A program made the translations under genes and the position numbers. Below are positions 37,043 to 49,659 of a stretch of 64,000 nt of DNA, piece after piece. The notes under the pieces were generated by a model. The model saw nothing but the letters and a program-made list of their open reading frames with translations, made no database searches and had not been told where the DNA came from. The DNA comes from Octopus sinensis (Eukaryota), in contig NC_042997.1 of the NCBI RefSeq assembly GCF_006345805.1, forward strand, positions 170,562,001 to 170,626,000, in the 5' to 3' direction. Numbering within the stretch: the stretch's first letter is position 1; the number at the start of each line of letters is the position of its first letter.

Positions 37043-38685
37043 CTAGCAGTATCGCCCGGTGTTGCTCGGGTTTGTTTCGATCCGCTGGAATTGTAATTTT
37101 GAAAAGTAAAAATTTTGTGAACATTTTTCTGGTCGAAATACACCGAAAAGGGGCGACACAGCAGTGAAAAAATCGTAAAAAATAGGGATTTTCATAGAAA
37201 AAAGCATCTTTTTGATGTAAATAATTTTTGGTGTTAACATGGTCCGATTTGAATTTTATGTTCTACGGAAGGAAGAGCAACCCTTCTTCTACCATACTCT
37301 CAATTTTGGTTAACTTGCGCCGCAGGGTCTCGGAGGAGATAGTGTTAGTTGAAGGTTACCATTGTAGGTGACTGAGTAACAACCTCGCGGATTTACAGAT
37401 AAATGAATTAATTACTATTTTACAGAATAAAATTAAATAATTCTTGAAAATTAATTAATATTAATATTTTTTGAACAAAGTAAATAATTTTTAAAAACTT
37501 AAATAATAATTTTTTTTACACAAACGCGAACGGGGAAAAGGGGGTGGCGAATTCGATTTACATACCTAAATTTTTTCTTTTTCATGACATTGTAGCAAAA
37601 TAGTAGTGAATTATATAAATACCAGCAGTACATTTTTTTTTCTGGGGTATTTTTTTTCAACCTCGTCACATATTTGCCCCTTTCAATTTAAACAAAGTCT
37701 TAATTAAGCAATTACGGCAGCTTAGCAATGGTTTCAATACAGGCGTGACATCTGTATCTCAATTGTTCAAAACCCTTCGAATTTTTTCGCACGTGATGAT
37801 ATCATAGTGAAAACTTTCAATTACGTGCGCTTAGAAGTACGCTCGCAAATTAATACTACCAAAATTTTGAAGTTCGCGCTCCGCTTGTGTGTGTGCGTGC
37901 TTTAGGTGTACGTAGGTATGTGTTTTTGTGTGTGTGTGTCACTGAAGCCATACATACATATATACATACATAACCTCTCTCTCTCTTTTCTCTCTCAGTC
38001 ACTCACTACAAAAAGTGAATAAAAAAAGTTCAGTTTTCTGTCTTTCACTCTGTCTGTCTCTTTACACACACTAACAAAAGCACTTCACTTACACACCACA
38101 CTTTCTGTGTCGCACAACCCATCAAACACACACACACACTCACGCACGCACACATGTACATCAATGCTTTCGGAGTGAAATGTTAAAATATTGAGTTTTC
38201 TCGAATTTTGTCTTAATTGGGGGTGAAATTGAAAGAAATATATTATGGCATGACGAATGGAGTACTTGAAAAATCTTAGGTAAACTCTAATTGAAGAAAT
38301 TGTGTGAGGAGTAAATCGTTATGTATTTATTTGTTTCTGTTTGGTGTGTTTTTTATTTTTTGAGTAGTGGTTTAAATACTTTCAGTTTAGTCTTCCTCAA
38401 ATCACTCTGTCGCTATTTACTTTCATTTTATTCGTTGCACACTGTGTGTGTGCGTGTGCGTGTGGTGTAAACCACATTAAGAAAAGCATTTGGCATACAC
38501 ACCAGAATGTGAGTTTTCTGTAAATTTTGCTTAATTGGAGTTTAAATTTTAAAAACTGGACCTGGCATGACCCGATGCATTCTACTCTTAAAAATGCTAG
38601 GTAAATTGTAATTGAAGAAATCCTATATTGTAGATTTCTATAAGTTACAAAGGGAGGCAGATAAAATCTGCCTTTTATAATAAGA
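37043..38685 (-). mobile_element. Non-autonomous Helitron
   Basis: On - strand: A|TC start, cccgagcaacaccggg hairpin, CTAG|T end, no TSD; internal ~110-bp direct repeat (38193-38300, 38511-38621). Confidence 0.85.
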
Positions 38686-38797
38686 TATATATATATATAA
38701 CGGGAAGCTTTATGAAAATAAACAAAAGACGAAGGCAGGTGGAAAACAAACGAACAATTGTATTAGTATGGCGCTCAGGAAATATAAATAAAACAAG

Positions 38798-38835
38798 TCT
38801 TTAACGTTTCGAGCCTACGCTCTTCAACAGAAAGA
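38798..38835 (-). ncRNA. Minimal type I hammerhead-like motif within a ~175-bp element (38700-38875)
   Basis: ucuuu-CUGUUGA-A-GAGC-GUAG-GCUC-GAAAC-GUU-aaaga; stems I and II pair, palindromic ACGU stem III, A6 replaced by U. Confidence 0.55.
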
Positions 38836-38871
38836 TACACAGAGAGAGAAAAAAACACAGAAAGAAGGAGA

Positions 38872-38907
<36 letters not shown>

Positions 38908-38910
<3 letters not shown>

Positions 38911-39227
38911 AGCGGGAGTGTCTGTGTTGTATGTATCTTGCTTACCAACCACATGGAGACTGAAAGAAGCCCGTCGTATATATATATTTATATATATATA
39001 TATATGTATATGTTTGTGTGCCTGTGTTTGTTCCCTCCATCATCGTTTGACAACTGATGTCGGTGTGTTTATGTCCCCGTAACTTAGTGGTTTGGCAAAA
39101 GCGGCTGATAGAATAAGTACTAGGCTTACAAAGAGTAAGTTCTGGGGGGGTTGATTTGCATGACTAAAGGTAATACTCCAGCAAGGCTGCAGTCAAATGA
39201 CTGAAACAAATAAAAGAATAAAAGAAT
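38908..39227 (+). mobile_element. SINE family B with internal deletion
   Basis: B head joined directly to actgaaagaagcccgtcg; normal 3' half. Confidence 0.85.
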
Positions 39228-39309
39228 ATATATGTATATGTGTGTGTGTGTGTGTATGTGTGTGTGTGTGTGTGTAAAATTGAAAAAATTGGAGTCAAGA
39301 AGAGAGGGA

Positions 39310-39725
39310 ACAGTTGGACATTTACTTTTTCATTCACTACAATTGTTTCCAGACAATGTAGTTCTCCTGGTGGGCAGGTACTTAATTAGCAACTGTTTCC
39401 CTGTATTATGAGATCTAGTTATGTTTCCTCAGGTAATATGTAAATATTGCCTGAGGAATATAGGTTTAAAATCCTTGATTTCAAGAACATCCTCTTTGTC
39501 ATGGCCTGAATTTAGTAGCTGTCACTGAGCTTATCAGAGTGAGTTGTAGTTAAGGGCCATTGGCAAACTGCTTTGAATGTGTAGATGTAGTGGGACACTG
39601 ATTCTGGTATTGTTAAAGTGTTTGCCATTTTAAAGGGATTAGTACTTGATTTCTTTGTACTGCTGATTTGTTCTTCATGGCTGGTTACACATGTGATTGC
39701 CCTTAGTTGACCTTTAAGAGTCAAT
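39310..39725 (-). mobile_element. Possible Penelope 3' end / pLTR relic
   Basis: On - strand CUGAGGA...GAAACAAUUGUA; weak C-terminal coding resemblance upstream. Confidence 0.3.
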
Positions 39726-39829
39726 GCTCAGGCGCATACACACATACATGCACACATGGTCACACACAAACACATATATATACATATATACATTCACATA
39801 CATATATGACTGTATGTATATATGCATAC

Positions 39830-39876
<47 letters not shown>

Positions 39877-39949
39877 CACCCGTGTATAAATAAATGTAGG
39901 AGCCACTCTTATTTTTTCACCTTTGCCCTTCCTCAAACTGACACTTACT

Positions 39950-40470
39950 ATCAATACACTTCCACACTGGTTCCATTCATTACATTCACCTTTACACCTA
40001 TCTAACTATCTGTCACTCTCCTCTGGCACTCCAATGAACTTGTTCACCATTCCTGATTCTTTGTATTTTCTCTTATACTCAATTCTTGAATCTTGGGAGT
40101 ACACTCTCACATTTCATCACTACCATCATTGTCTTCTTTCCAGCTGCAGGTGAGCCATGTATCTCTTTTATAGTCAGATACCTATGCCTATCCCTCTATC
40201 ATTCTTTGGCCTCCCAACAACTGGCATAAAGCCATCTCCCTTTTGACTACAACTCCACTCAATTGAAGGGTCCTGTGGATGACACAGTGATCTCACTAAT
40301 GTCAAGGCCATGAAAAAAAAAAGCACTCAGTTACTATCAATAAAGTTGGCAACAGGAAACCATGCTGTAGAAACCATGTCAAAATAGATAGAGCTCAATG
40401 CTGTCCTCCAGTTCAATGGATCCTGTCAAATCATCTAACCTCAGCTTGGAAACAGGACATTAAATGATGG
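39950..40470 (+). mobile_element. Decayed long RTE 3' UTR / family C tail
   Basis: gctgtagaaaccatg...cctgtcaaatcatctaacc...ggacattaaatgatg; same layout as 35030-35620. Confidence 0.5.
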
Positions 40471-40492
40471 TAATAATATATATATATATATA

Positions 40493-40888
40493 TCTTTATA
40501 TATAAAAGTGAAGTTGTGTGTCTGTCTCCTACGATTTAGATTCCTAACTACTCCCACATTTTGTGGTGCAGTTTAACCAAAACCGGGTATCTTATAGTCG
40601 TGATTCATATCGAGCCCTTCTGTGTATTAGCGCGTGTCTACGATGAGACTACGATTTAAAAAAAAATTTACTATAATTTTTTTCCATTTTAATGCATTTT
40701 TTCGCTATTATATAAGGGAAGTAACTCTCTAAAAATGTCTACGATGAGTCAACGATTTTTTAAAAATTTACCATCATTTTTTTTTCCATTTTTAATGCAT
40801 TTTTTTGCTATTTTTTGGCTATAACTCTAAAAATGCTTATATAGTTATTTCCCTTACAAACCCGAGCAACGCCGGGCGATACTGCTAG
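40493..40888 (+). mobile_element. Non-autonomous Helitron, short
   Basis: A|TC start, cccgagcaacgccggg hairpin, CTAG|T end; internal ~100-bp tandem duplication (40637-40838). Confidence 0.88.
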
Positions 40889-40948
40889 TATATATATATA
40901 TATATACATATGTATGTCTCTGTGTGTGTGTGTGAGTGCATGTGTATA

Positions 40949-42185
40949 CAGGGTGGGGTAGAGAAGACGGACGTTTTTGAAAAATTCACAAAATCCTTAA
41001 TTTTAGCTGCAAACAAATTTTATTGACATCAATATGTTTGTACTGGATTAGAATTTGTCAAAATCAAATGTGGAAAATAACATCCATCATGTGGTGTCCA
41101 TTTTCATTGATGCATTTTTGAAGGTGTTCTTGGAAGTTGGCTTCCACTTTCTCTAGAATTGCTCTGTCTATTTGGGTGACTTGCATGTGAATAGCTTCCT
41201 TCAAATCGTCCAACGTACAGGGTTTTAGTGCATACACTCATGCCTTGAGGTTTCCTCATAATAATCACATATGATGAAATCAGTTGACCAAGAGAGCCAA
41301 GGAATGTCAGCAAACTTGGAAATGATGTGGTTACCAAAGAGAAAACGAAGGACATCCATTGATGCTCTGGCTGTGTGGGCCATTGCTCTATCCTGCTGAA
41401 ACCACACATGTCAAACAGGCATACGTTTTCATCATAATTCAGGCACAAGGAAGTTGTTTATCATCTCAATGTAACTCTCAGAGTTCACAGTTGCAGCATT
41501 TCCATTATTGTCTTCAAGGAAATAAGGACCAATAACAGCAGCTTTTTCAACAGCACACTAAACCACCATTTTTGTGTTGTGCAGTGGTCTTTCAAGCAGT
41601 TCTCTTGGATTTTCAAAAGCCCAATAAAGGCAGTTCTATTGATTCACCATGCCATTGAGATTCATCACTCGTTAACAAAATAAAGTTGTTGTTTACCTCA
41701 AAAATTGACATGCGAAGTTAAGCCATTCTGCATAGTCCCATGGTTTAAACTGTTGCCCAATGACCAATTTGTATGGGTGGAAATGCAGGTCTTCATGCAA
41801 AATACACCTTACTGATTGATAACCAATGCCAAGTTCAGTGGAATACCTCCAAGCAGAGCAATTTGGACTCCATATTAAAGCTTGTCTGACAGTGTCCACA
41901 TTTTCCAGGGTCCATACCATTCATGGCACCTCCAACAGCCTGATTTTGGTGAATGTTGAAGTGGTGCCAAGACTCATGCTAAACTGCTGTGACTGACTCG
42001 TTATTCTTCACGTAACTTATAGGTGAAAACATGATGCTCTATTGTCCACAGTACCATGGCTTCACTTGAAAAGGAAAAAAACGTGCTTAGATGCCATGGT
42101 CCAAATGGTACCTGTTGGACATATGTTCCTCACCTTGGGGCTGAGTAATAGCCATTTCAAAAATGTCCATCCTCTGTGCCCCACC

Positions 42186-42188
<3 letters not shown>
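40949..42188 (-). mobile_element. Tc1/mariner DD41D (rosa/Visitor-like) transposon, decayed
   Basis: TA TSDs; ~34-bp TIRs cagggtggggtagag...tttttgaaa; ILHEDLHFHPYKL and WFQQD-(41 aa)-CDY. Confidence 0.9.
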
Positions 42189-42227
<39 letters not shown>

Positions 42228-42479
42228 ACACACACATATGTATACATACATATAGTAAGTGCTAGCATACTTGATGTAGTAAATGTTGTTAATTAAGAAA
42301 TTTTAATTAATCAAATTTAAGTATGCAAAGCTGTCAGAAATGAGTCTCATGGTGATAGTTTTAAATATGTTTCAGATTTATTTGATCTCATCAGCAAATA
42401 TGAGATCAAATAACTAATTCTTATTGCAGATCTTATACAAGTAAGCTAATTATGTGATATAATTAAGTCTATATAAGAT

Positions 42480-42875
42480 CAATGATTCCAGGTTCAGTCC
42501 CACTGTGTGGCATCTTGAGCAAGTATCTTCTACTATAGCCTTGCGTCAACCAAAGCCTTGTGAGTGGATTTGGTTAGCGGAAACTGAAAGAAGCCTGTCA
42601 TATAAGTATATATCTCTATATATGTATATATGTATGTGTGTGCATCTTTGTGTATGCGTTGTCCTCCACCACTGCTTGACAACTGATGTTCGTGGGTGGT
42701 TTACATCCCCATAACTTGGTGGTTCAGCAAATGTGACTGATAGAATACGAATAAGAACCAGGCTTTACAAAAGATAAGAATTACTGGGGTTGATTTGTTT
42801 GACTAATAGTTTTCGAGGTGATGCCCCAGCATGGCCGCAATTTAATAAGTAAAACAAATAAAAGATAAAGATAAA
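42480..42875 (+). mobile_element. SINE family B, 5' clipped
   Basis: B body and (aaagat) tail. Confidence 0.85.
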
Positions 42876-43558
42876 GGATATTGTTGGTAAGTCAACATGG
42901 ATATTAGCATATTTTAGGAAATAAATATTTTCAGGAATTCCTCAAAGACAAAGCATATTTCACATGAGAAACATGTGTGTTGGTGCTATATTATTACAAT
43001 TGTTGATGGTAGGATGGAGTCAGCTGGTGAAGTGGTAGAGGTGGTGGTAGTGGCAGTGGTGGTGATGGTGGTGGCAGGAGTGGTGACGGCGGCGGTGGCA
43101 GTGGTTTTGGTGTTTGGATCTAAACTGTCTCTGATTGAGCAGACTTAATCAAAAACTTCCAGCTGTGACCACATATGTCTTATAACCAGATGTACAAGTT
43201 CCAGGGTAGTATTATCAAATGTGTCCTCTTTAAGATAGCAAACTGTGTTGAGAAAGAGAGAGAGAGAGAGAGGGGGGGGGAGAAAGAGAGAGGGAGAGAG
43301 ATTTAGCTGTTGTTTTCAGCAGTTTTTGAAATTGTTTAGCAGCTCTTTATTGGCTTGGTTGTTATTTTTGTTGTTGTGGTGTAGTTAATGTTAGCAGTAA
43401 TGCTGGTAGTGCTGGTGCTTGTAGCAGTAGCAATAGCAATAGCAGTAGTAGTAGTAGTAGTAGTAGTAGTAGTCGCAGTAGTAGTTGTCGCAGAAGTAGT
43501 GCCTGTTGTTTACAGTTTATGGTAATTATAAAGATGATTACGATGATGATGATGACAG

Positions 43559-43613
<55 letters not shown>

Positions 43614-44141
43614 AATGATCATGATGGTGATGATGATAATGATGGCGATCACATCATTGCTATGCTTCCTTTAACAGCCACATTAAAGTCATATAATGTA
43701 CAGAGTGCAGTGTCGTCCATTGGTCAATATATTTCATTAATATTCACACACACACAGACACAAAAGTGTGATACAATTTCATATCATATGATTGGATAAA
43801 TTTGATACTCTTTAAATGCTTAATTACAAAAATATCACTTCTTCAATTTATTGATATCTGAAACTTTCTCTTGAAGTTTCTTCCTCAAACATTATTGGTT
43901 TTGTATTACTTTAGGGACAACCAGACATTCCAGTAAGAGGGGTCTTTTGTTGTTGTTTTATGTGCGTGAGTGTGCATATATTTGCATATATATATCATCA
44001 ACATTATCATCATTGTTTAATGTCTGCCTTCTATGCTAGCGTGAGTGGGACACACATACATATGTGTGTGTGTGTGTGTGTGTGTGTGTATTTCTATATA
44101 TATAACACATGCATGCATGCACATATACATCCATCCATCCC

Positions 44142-44197
<56 letters not shown>

Positions 44198-44209
44198 TGG
44201 ACTTTCTTC

Positions 44210-44245
44210 TGCTTCTGAAGAAGAGCTTTGCTCGAAACATAAAAT
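44210..44245 (+). ncRNA. Hammerhead-like motif, same family as 38798 (element 44197-44355)
   Basis: CUGAAGA-A-GAGC-UUU-GCUC-GAAAC-AUA; downstream cctgaatgtctactaata matches cctgagcgccatactaata of the other copy. Confidence 0.5.
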
Positions 44246-44480
44246 CACCTTCCTTTCCTTCCCTGAATGTCTACTAATATTTTACATCTACCATGTCCTC
44301 ATGTTGTCGTTTTTTGTGTTTGTTCTTTGTTTATTGTTTTTTGGGATTTACTATATATATATAGATTCAGATGAATTTGGTACTTAAGTTGAGGCACCAG
44401 AATTTAGTAAGGTATTAGCCATACAATTTCAAAATAAGGTGATTAAAATCAAAATAAGCAACAAGGGTATCCAGAGGTCA

Positions 44481-44567
44481 TGCAGTACGATCGTTTCATG
44501 CAGTTCCATTTAATTGAACAATGAAATCCTTACATCAATTTAAAATGTAGAGCAATCTTCAGCTGCA
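44481..44567 (-). ncRNA. Type I hammerhead ribozyme candidate
   Basis: ugcag-CUGAAGA-UUGC...GCAU-GAAA-CGAUC-GUA-cugca: canonical core, 5-bp stem I, palindromic ACGAUCGU stem III, GUA triplet. Confidence 0.7.
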
Positions 44568-45801
44568 CAAAGACATAGAATTTAATTGAATTAGAACAGA
44601 TGGACACATTAGTATAATTATACCTAAAATCTCCCTAAGAAACTGTAATATCATTTATGGATGAACACAAACAGCTTTTGAAATCTATATTATGCCTCTT
44701 GATTTAATATTAGTATATGATTAGCTTGTCCTTTTAGCAAAAATTATCTTTTCAACTAATACCAGGTTTCAGCCCTGATTATAGTAAGCTAAATAAGTTT
44801 ATTAACAATTTTTAGTTCATAAATTATTATACATTTTCTATAAATACTTGCTATTAGAGTTAATAAAGAATGAATATTTTATTATTTTATTATGGTTTTT
44901 AGCGCTAACTGATCGTTTTATTATTGCTGTTATTGTTATTTTTATAGCAGCCTTAAATAAATCTAATCCTTGTACCCCTATTAATTAATACTCAGCTTAT
45001 ATAAGGTAATACCGGTATCTCCACAACTTAAAATTAGTTCAATTTTAATTAAATCAGCATATAGTTGATATGTTCTTTAACCTCATTTGCACCCCCCTTA
45101 TTAAATACCAGTTAAATCTATTTGATCAATCTCCATGGAAACCATATAATAAGTTAATATTTTAGATAAGTAATTAATATATAAATATTAATCTATTTCT
45201 TTGCAATTTCCTTTTCCTTCCTCTATTGAGGTAAAAATTTGGTATATACTCAAAATATTCAAAGAAGTGGTATCCTTTTGTAACAATTTTCATTCTTAAT
45301 AATCTTCTTGATTACTCTAAAAGAAAATGTATAATAATTTATGAGCTAAAAATTGTTAATTAACTTATTTAGCTTACTATAATCAGGGCTGAAACCTGAT
45401 AATTTTTGCTAAAAGGACAATCTAATCATATATTAAATTAAGAGGTATAATATAGATTTCAAAAATTATTTGTGTTAATCCATGTCTTTGAGCTGCTGAA
45501 GATTACTCTACATTTTAAATTGATGTAATGATTGCATTACCCTACCCCAAACGGAAACTGACCTCTGTTTCTCTCAGCCTTAAATATACAAGGGATTTGA
45601 TAAACTGGTCTAGAAATTAAAAATGACCCCATAATACAAAAAAATCAGTGACAAGCAGTGTCTTCTTGAAAATTTTAGTTACAACTATGCTGTTGTAGGT
45701 ACAACATGTTCTTTGTCTATCTCTTTAACTTCTTGGAGATTTTAAGTATAATTATACTAATGTGTCCATCTGTTCTAATTTAATTAAATTCTATGTCTTT
45801 G

Positions 45802-45888
45802 TGCAGCTGAAGATTGCTCTACATTTTAAATTGATATAATGATTACATTGCTCAATTAAATGGAGTTGCATGAAACTATTGTACTGCA
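45802..45888 (+). ncRNA. Type I hammerhead ribozyme candidate, second copy
   Basis: ugcag-CUGAAGA-UUGC...GCAU-GAAA-CUAUU-GUA-cugca. Confidence 0.65.
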
Positions 45889-45977
45889 TTACCTCTGGAT
45901 AGCCTTGTTGCTTATTTTGTTATATATATATATATACAATTTCTATTTGACTTTTATTTTGATGTTGATGATATATA

Positions 45978-46377
45978 TAAGCACAAGTGTAGCTGTGTAG
46001 TAAGAAGTTTACTTCCCAACCATATGGTGTTGAGTTCAGTTCCACTGTGTGACACTTTGGGCAAATACCTTCTACTATAGCCTCAGCCCTTGTGAGTGGA
46101 TTTGGTAGACAGAAACTGGAAGAAGCCGTCACATATATATATGTATATCACTATGTGTGTTTGTCTTTGTGTCTGTGTTTGTCCCCACCCCCATCACCAC
46201 TTGACAACCAGTGTTGGTGCATTTAAGTCCCCATAACTTAGCAGTTCAGCAAAAAAAAAAATCAATAGAATACGTACGAGGCTTAAAAAATAAGCCCTGG
46301 AGTCAATTTGTTTGACTAAAACCCTCCAAGGTGGTGCTCCAGCATGGCCACAGTCAAATGACTAAAACTATTAAAAG

Positions 46378-46418
<41 letters not shown>

Positions 46419-46530
46419 TGACCAGCTTCTTTCAGCCAGATCCACTTGTAAAGCATTGCTTGGCTGGGGTTAATAGTAGCTGAAACACTTGCCCAAGGTG
46501 TCACACACATATCCATGTCAGCACCTATGA
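45978..46530. mobile_element. SINE B(+) 45978-46382 and B(-) fragment 46420-46530
   Basis: B consensus similarity. Confidence 0.8.
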
Positions 46531-46859
46531 TGTGAAATAAAGCTATTTATCAGAAACGGAATAATGAGTGAAAGTTGCTGCCTATTATAGATTATATGCT
46601 ATCAAAGACTTTGTCATTTCTTGTACAGTAAACGTGCTGCCTGTTAAAGATCAATCAATCACATGCTATCAAATAGTTTGTCATTTCTGATGCAGTAAAT
46701 GGATATCACTGATCTCATACAGTGAATTCAATAGCCCTTAGCTCCTGGGTTTTAAAAAAAGTCTTTTTATGTTGAACATGTTTATAATTCATGACTATTT
46801 TCAGTCACGTGTATATGTGTGTATGTGTGAGGTTGTGTGTGTGTTTGTGCATATTTATG

Positions 46860-47800
46860 TCGTCGTCATTGTCATCATCATCATCATCAACATTTAATGT
46901 CTGATTTCCATTCTGGCATGGGTTGGACAGTTTGACAGAAACTGGCATGGCCAGAGATTGCACCAGGTTCCAGAGTCTGTTTTGGCTTGGTTTCTATGGC
47001 TCGATGCCCTTTCTAATGCCAGCTATGTTATAGAGTGATCTGAGTGCATTTACTTGGTGCCAGCACAAGTGCTTTCACTTGGTCCATCACCAGTGCTTTC
47101 TACATGGCACTATAACTAGTAGTTTTCATGTGGAACCAATACCAGTGCTTTTTATGTGACACCATCGCCAGTGCTTTGTAAGTGGCTCCATCACCAGTGC
47201 TTTTTACATGGCTCCATCACCAGTGCTTTTTACATGGCACCATCACCGTTTATGTGACACAATCACTAATACTTTTTTACATGGCACCATCTCCAGTGTC
47301 TTTTATGTGGAACCAGTACCAGTACTTTTTATGTGGAACCATCACCAGTGCTTTTTACGTGGCACCATCATTAATACTTTTTTACATGGCACCATCACCA
47401 TTGCTTTTTACATGGCACCATCACCAACGCTTTTTTTATGTGATACCATCACCTGTGCGTTTTACATGGTACCATTGCCAGTGCTTTTTACGTGGCACCA
47501 GCACTTGTGCTTTTTACATGGATCCATCAGCTTTACATGGCACCATCATCAGTTGCTTTTTATGTGGCACCATCACCAGTGCTTTTTACATGGATCCATC
47601 ACTTTTACATGCAACCATCACCAGTACCGTTTATGTAGAACCATCAGCAGAATTTTTCACACGGTACCAGCACGCATTCCCTCATAATCATCATCATCAT
47701 CATCATCATCGTTTAACGTCCGCTTTCCATGCTAGCATGGGTTGGACGATTTGACTGAGGACTGGTGAACCAGATGGCTGCACCAGGCGCCAATCTGAAC
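46860..47800 (-). mobile_element. Family C copy with ~25-bp minisatellite (47065-47672) and a second C tail (47688-47800)
   Basis: About 24 diverged units of gtgctttttacatggcaccatcacca. Confidence 0.85.
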
Positions 47801-48169
47801 TGTGTGTATAAATACAATAATTCCGTTTAAAGCTTATTCGGTTATTCTTTACAATGGTTCTTTGGTTCCATTTGGTTCCAGGGATAATGCCAGTGTGTGA
47901 TTTAGATTTGGGTAGTGGTATATAAACTGTATATGTGTGTGTACCAGTGTGTGTGATATGTGTGTGCATGTTGAGCAACTCATGTACCAAAGCATAATTC
48001 ATGTGTATGTTTTGAATAATAGTGCATAGTGTGTGTGTGTATGTGTGTGTGGTGTGTGTGTGTGTTTGTGTGTGCAGTATGTATTTGTGTTGAATGTGTG
48101 AACTGTGGTGTATTTTGTATGACATCTGAATAATATGTATGTGATATATTTGAATTGCATGAGTTTGTT

Positions 48170-48232
48170 TGTATATATGTATGTATGTATGAATGTATGT
48201 ATGTATGTATATGTATGTATGTATGTATGTTG

Positions 48233-48263
<31 letters not shown>

Positions 48264-48470
48264 GTATGTACGTATGTATGTATGTATGTATGTATGCATG
48301 CATGCATGCATGCATGCATGTATGTATGTATGCATGTATGCATGTATGTATGCATGCATGCATGCATGTATGTATGCATGCATGCATGTATGTATGTATG
48401 CATGCCTGCATGTATGTATGTACGTACGTACATACGTATGTATGTATGCATGTATGTATGTATGTATAAG
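48170..48470. repeat. (TATG)n/(CATG)n tetranucleotide tract
   Basis: Direct inspection. Confidence 0.95.
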
Positions 48471-49429
48471 TGTGTGTATATGAGTGAGTATGTTGAGTGT
48501 ATGTGTATGTAACATGTATGTGATGTTTATGTGTTAGTGTTGTTTGCTCTGATCAAACTAACCTATGACAAATGGTGCACCAACTATGACTTACCATCTT
48601 AAGGCATAGTATATCAAGGTCTACATTTACCATGTGGTTTGCTTTTGTTTAGGACAGCAGTGTTTGATTTTGAGAGCATTTTGTCTGATATTTCTAGCAT
48701 GTAGAACGACCACTCACAGGACTCTCTTTTTGGCTTGCGTGTGTGTGTGTGTGTGTGTTGATGTTTGTCACCACTATTAACATTAGTCTCTCTATCAACA
48801 CTATAATCTCTACTGACATTATCACCTCCATCATCAATATAGCTATAGTTACCACTATCAACATCATCATTACTAATATAGCCATCAACACTATCATCAT
48901 TATCAACATTATGATCTATAGTGTTGCTATTGTCACTGTTCGCCATACTTTTACTATCAACACTAACATCTATGTCAACTAGATTCCATTTCTTATTGAA
49001 TGTTCAATAAATATACAAACATACTTCCTTGAACACATCTAAAAATCAATGAACAATAGATGGAAGATTGGTGCCATATTTGGCTTTATTAAAAGCAGAA
49101 TGTTGAAATCATTTGAAGGAAATGAAAATATAAGTCACTTCTTTGGAAAGAAATATTTTATAATTTCATACAGATAATGTTTTTTTTATCAACTTTTTTA
49201 TTTGTTTCAGTCAGGGGGTTGTGCCAATGTTAGGGGAAGTATAGTGTTTGTTGTTAGAAGAAAGTTCCTTTCTGGTATCTAGGATTATTGATAGTAAGGG
49301 AGGGTCAGGGGTGATTGTCATGTCAAGCTACTGGAGAAATATATAGATTTTAAACTTTGTGCTTGCGAGAAGAGACTAATTCAGGGCTATGGTTCAGCAG
49401 CTGGGTCTTAAAGAAGAAATGTAGGATTG

Positions 49430-49659
49430 GTGGTGAGATGGCAGAAACATTAACACGCCGGGCGAAATGCTTAGCGCTATTTCATCTGTCTTTACATTCT
49501 GAGTTCAAATTCCACCGAGGTCAACTTTGCCTTTTATCATTTTCGGGGTCGATAAATTAAGTACCAGTTACGCACTGGGGTCGATGTAATCGACTTAGTC
49601 CTTTTGTCTATCTTTGTTTGTCCCCTCTATGTTTAGCCCCTTGTGGGCAATAAAGAAAT
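49430..49659 (+). mobile_element. SINE family A, full length
   Basis: 16-bp TSD aagaaatgtaggattg at 49414-29 and 49660-75. Confidence 0.93.

Larger units (their letters stand above)
44385..45920. mobile_element. Penelope-like element with long inverted pLTR-like arms
   Basis: 44450-44635 is rc of 45735-45920; 44655-44838 is rc of 45323-45483; hammerhead in both outer arms. Confidence 0.75.

Noticed and set aside
42345-42400. CUGAUGA...GAAAC on - strand
   Set aside because: Stems I and III do not form; better explained by the local inverted repeat ttgatctcat/atgagatcaa
47182-47754. CRISPR-like or repeat-protein reading of the 25-bp array
   Set aside because: Units are contiguous with no unique spacers, eukaryotic context, and both ORFs are minisatellite translations
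47706-48515. ORFs up to 269 aa of HTYI/MYVC
   Set aside because: (TATG)n translations
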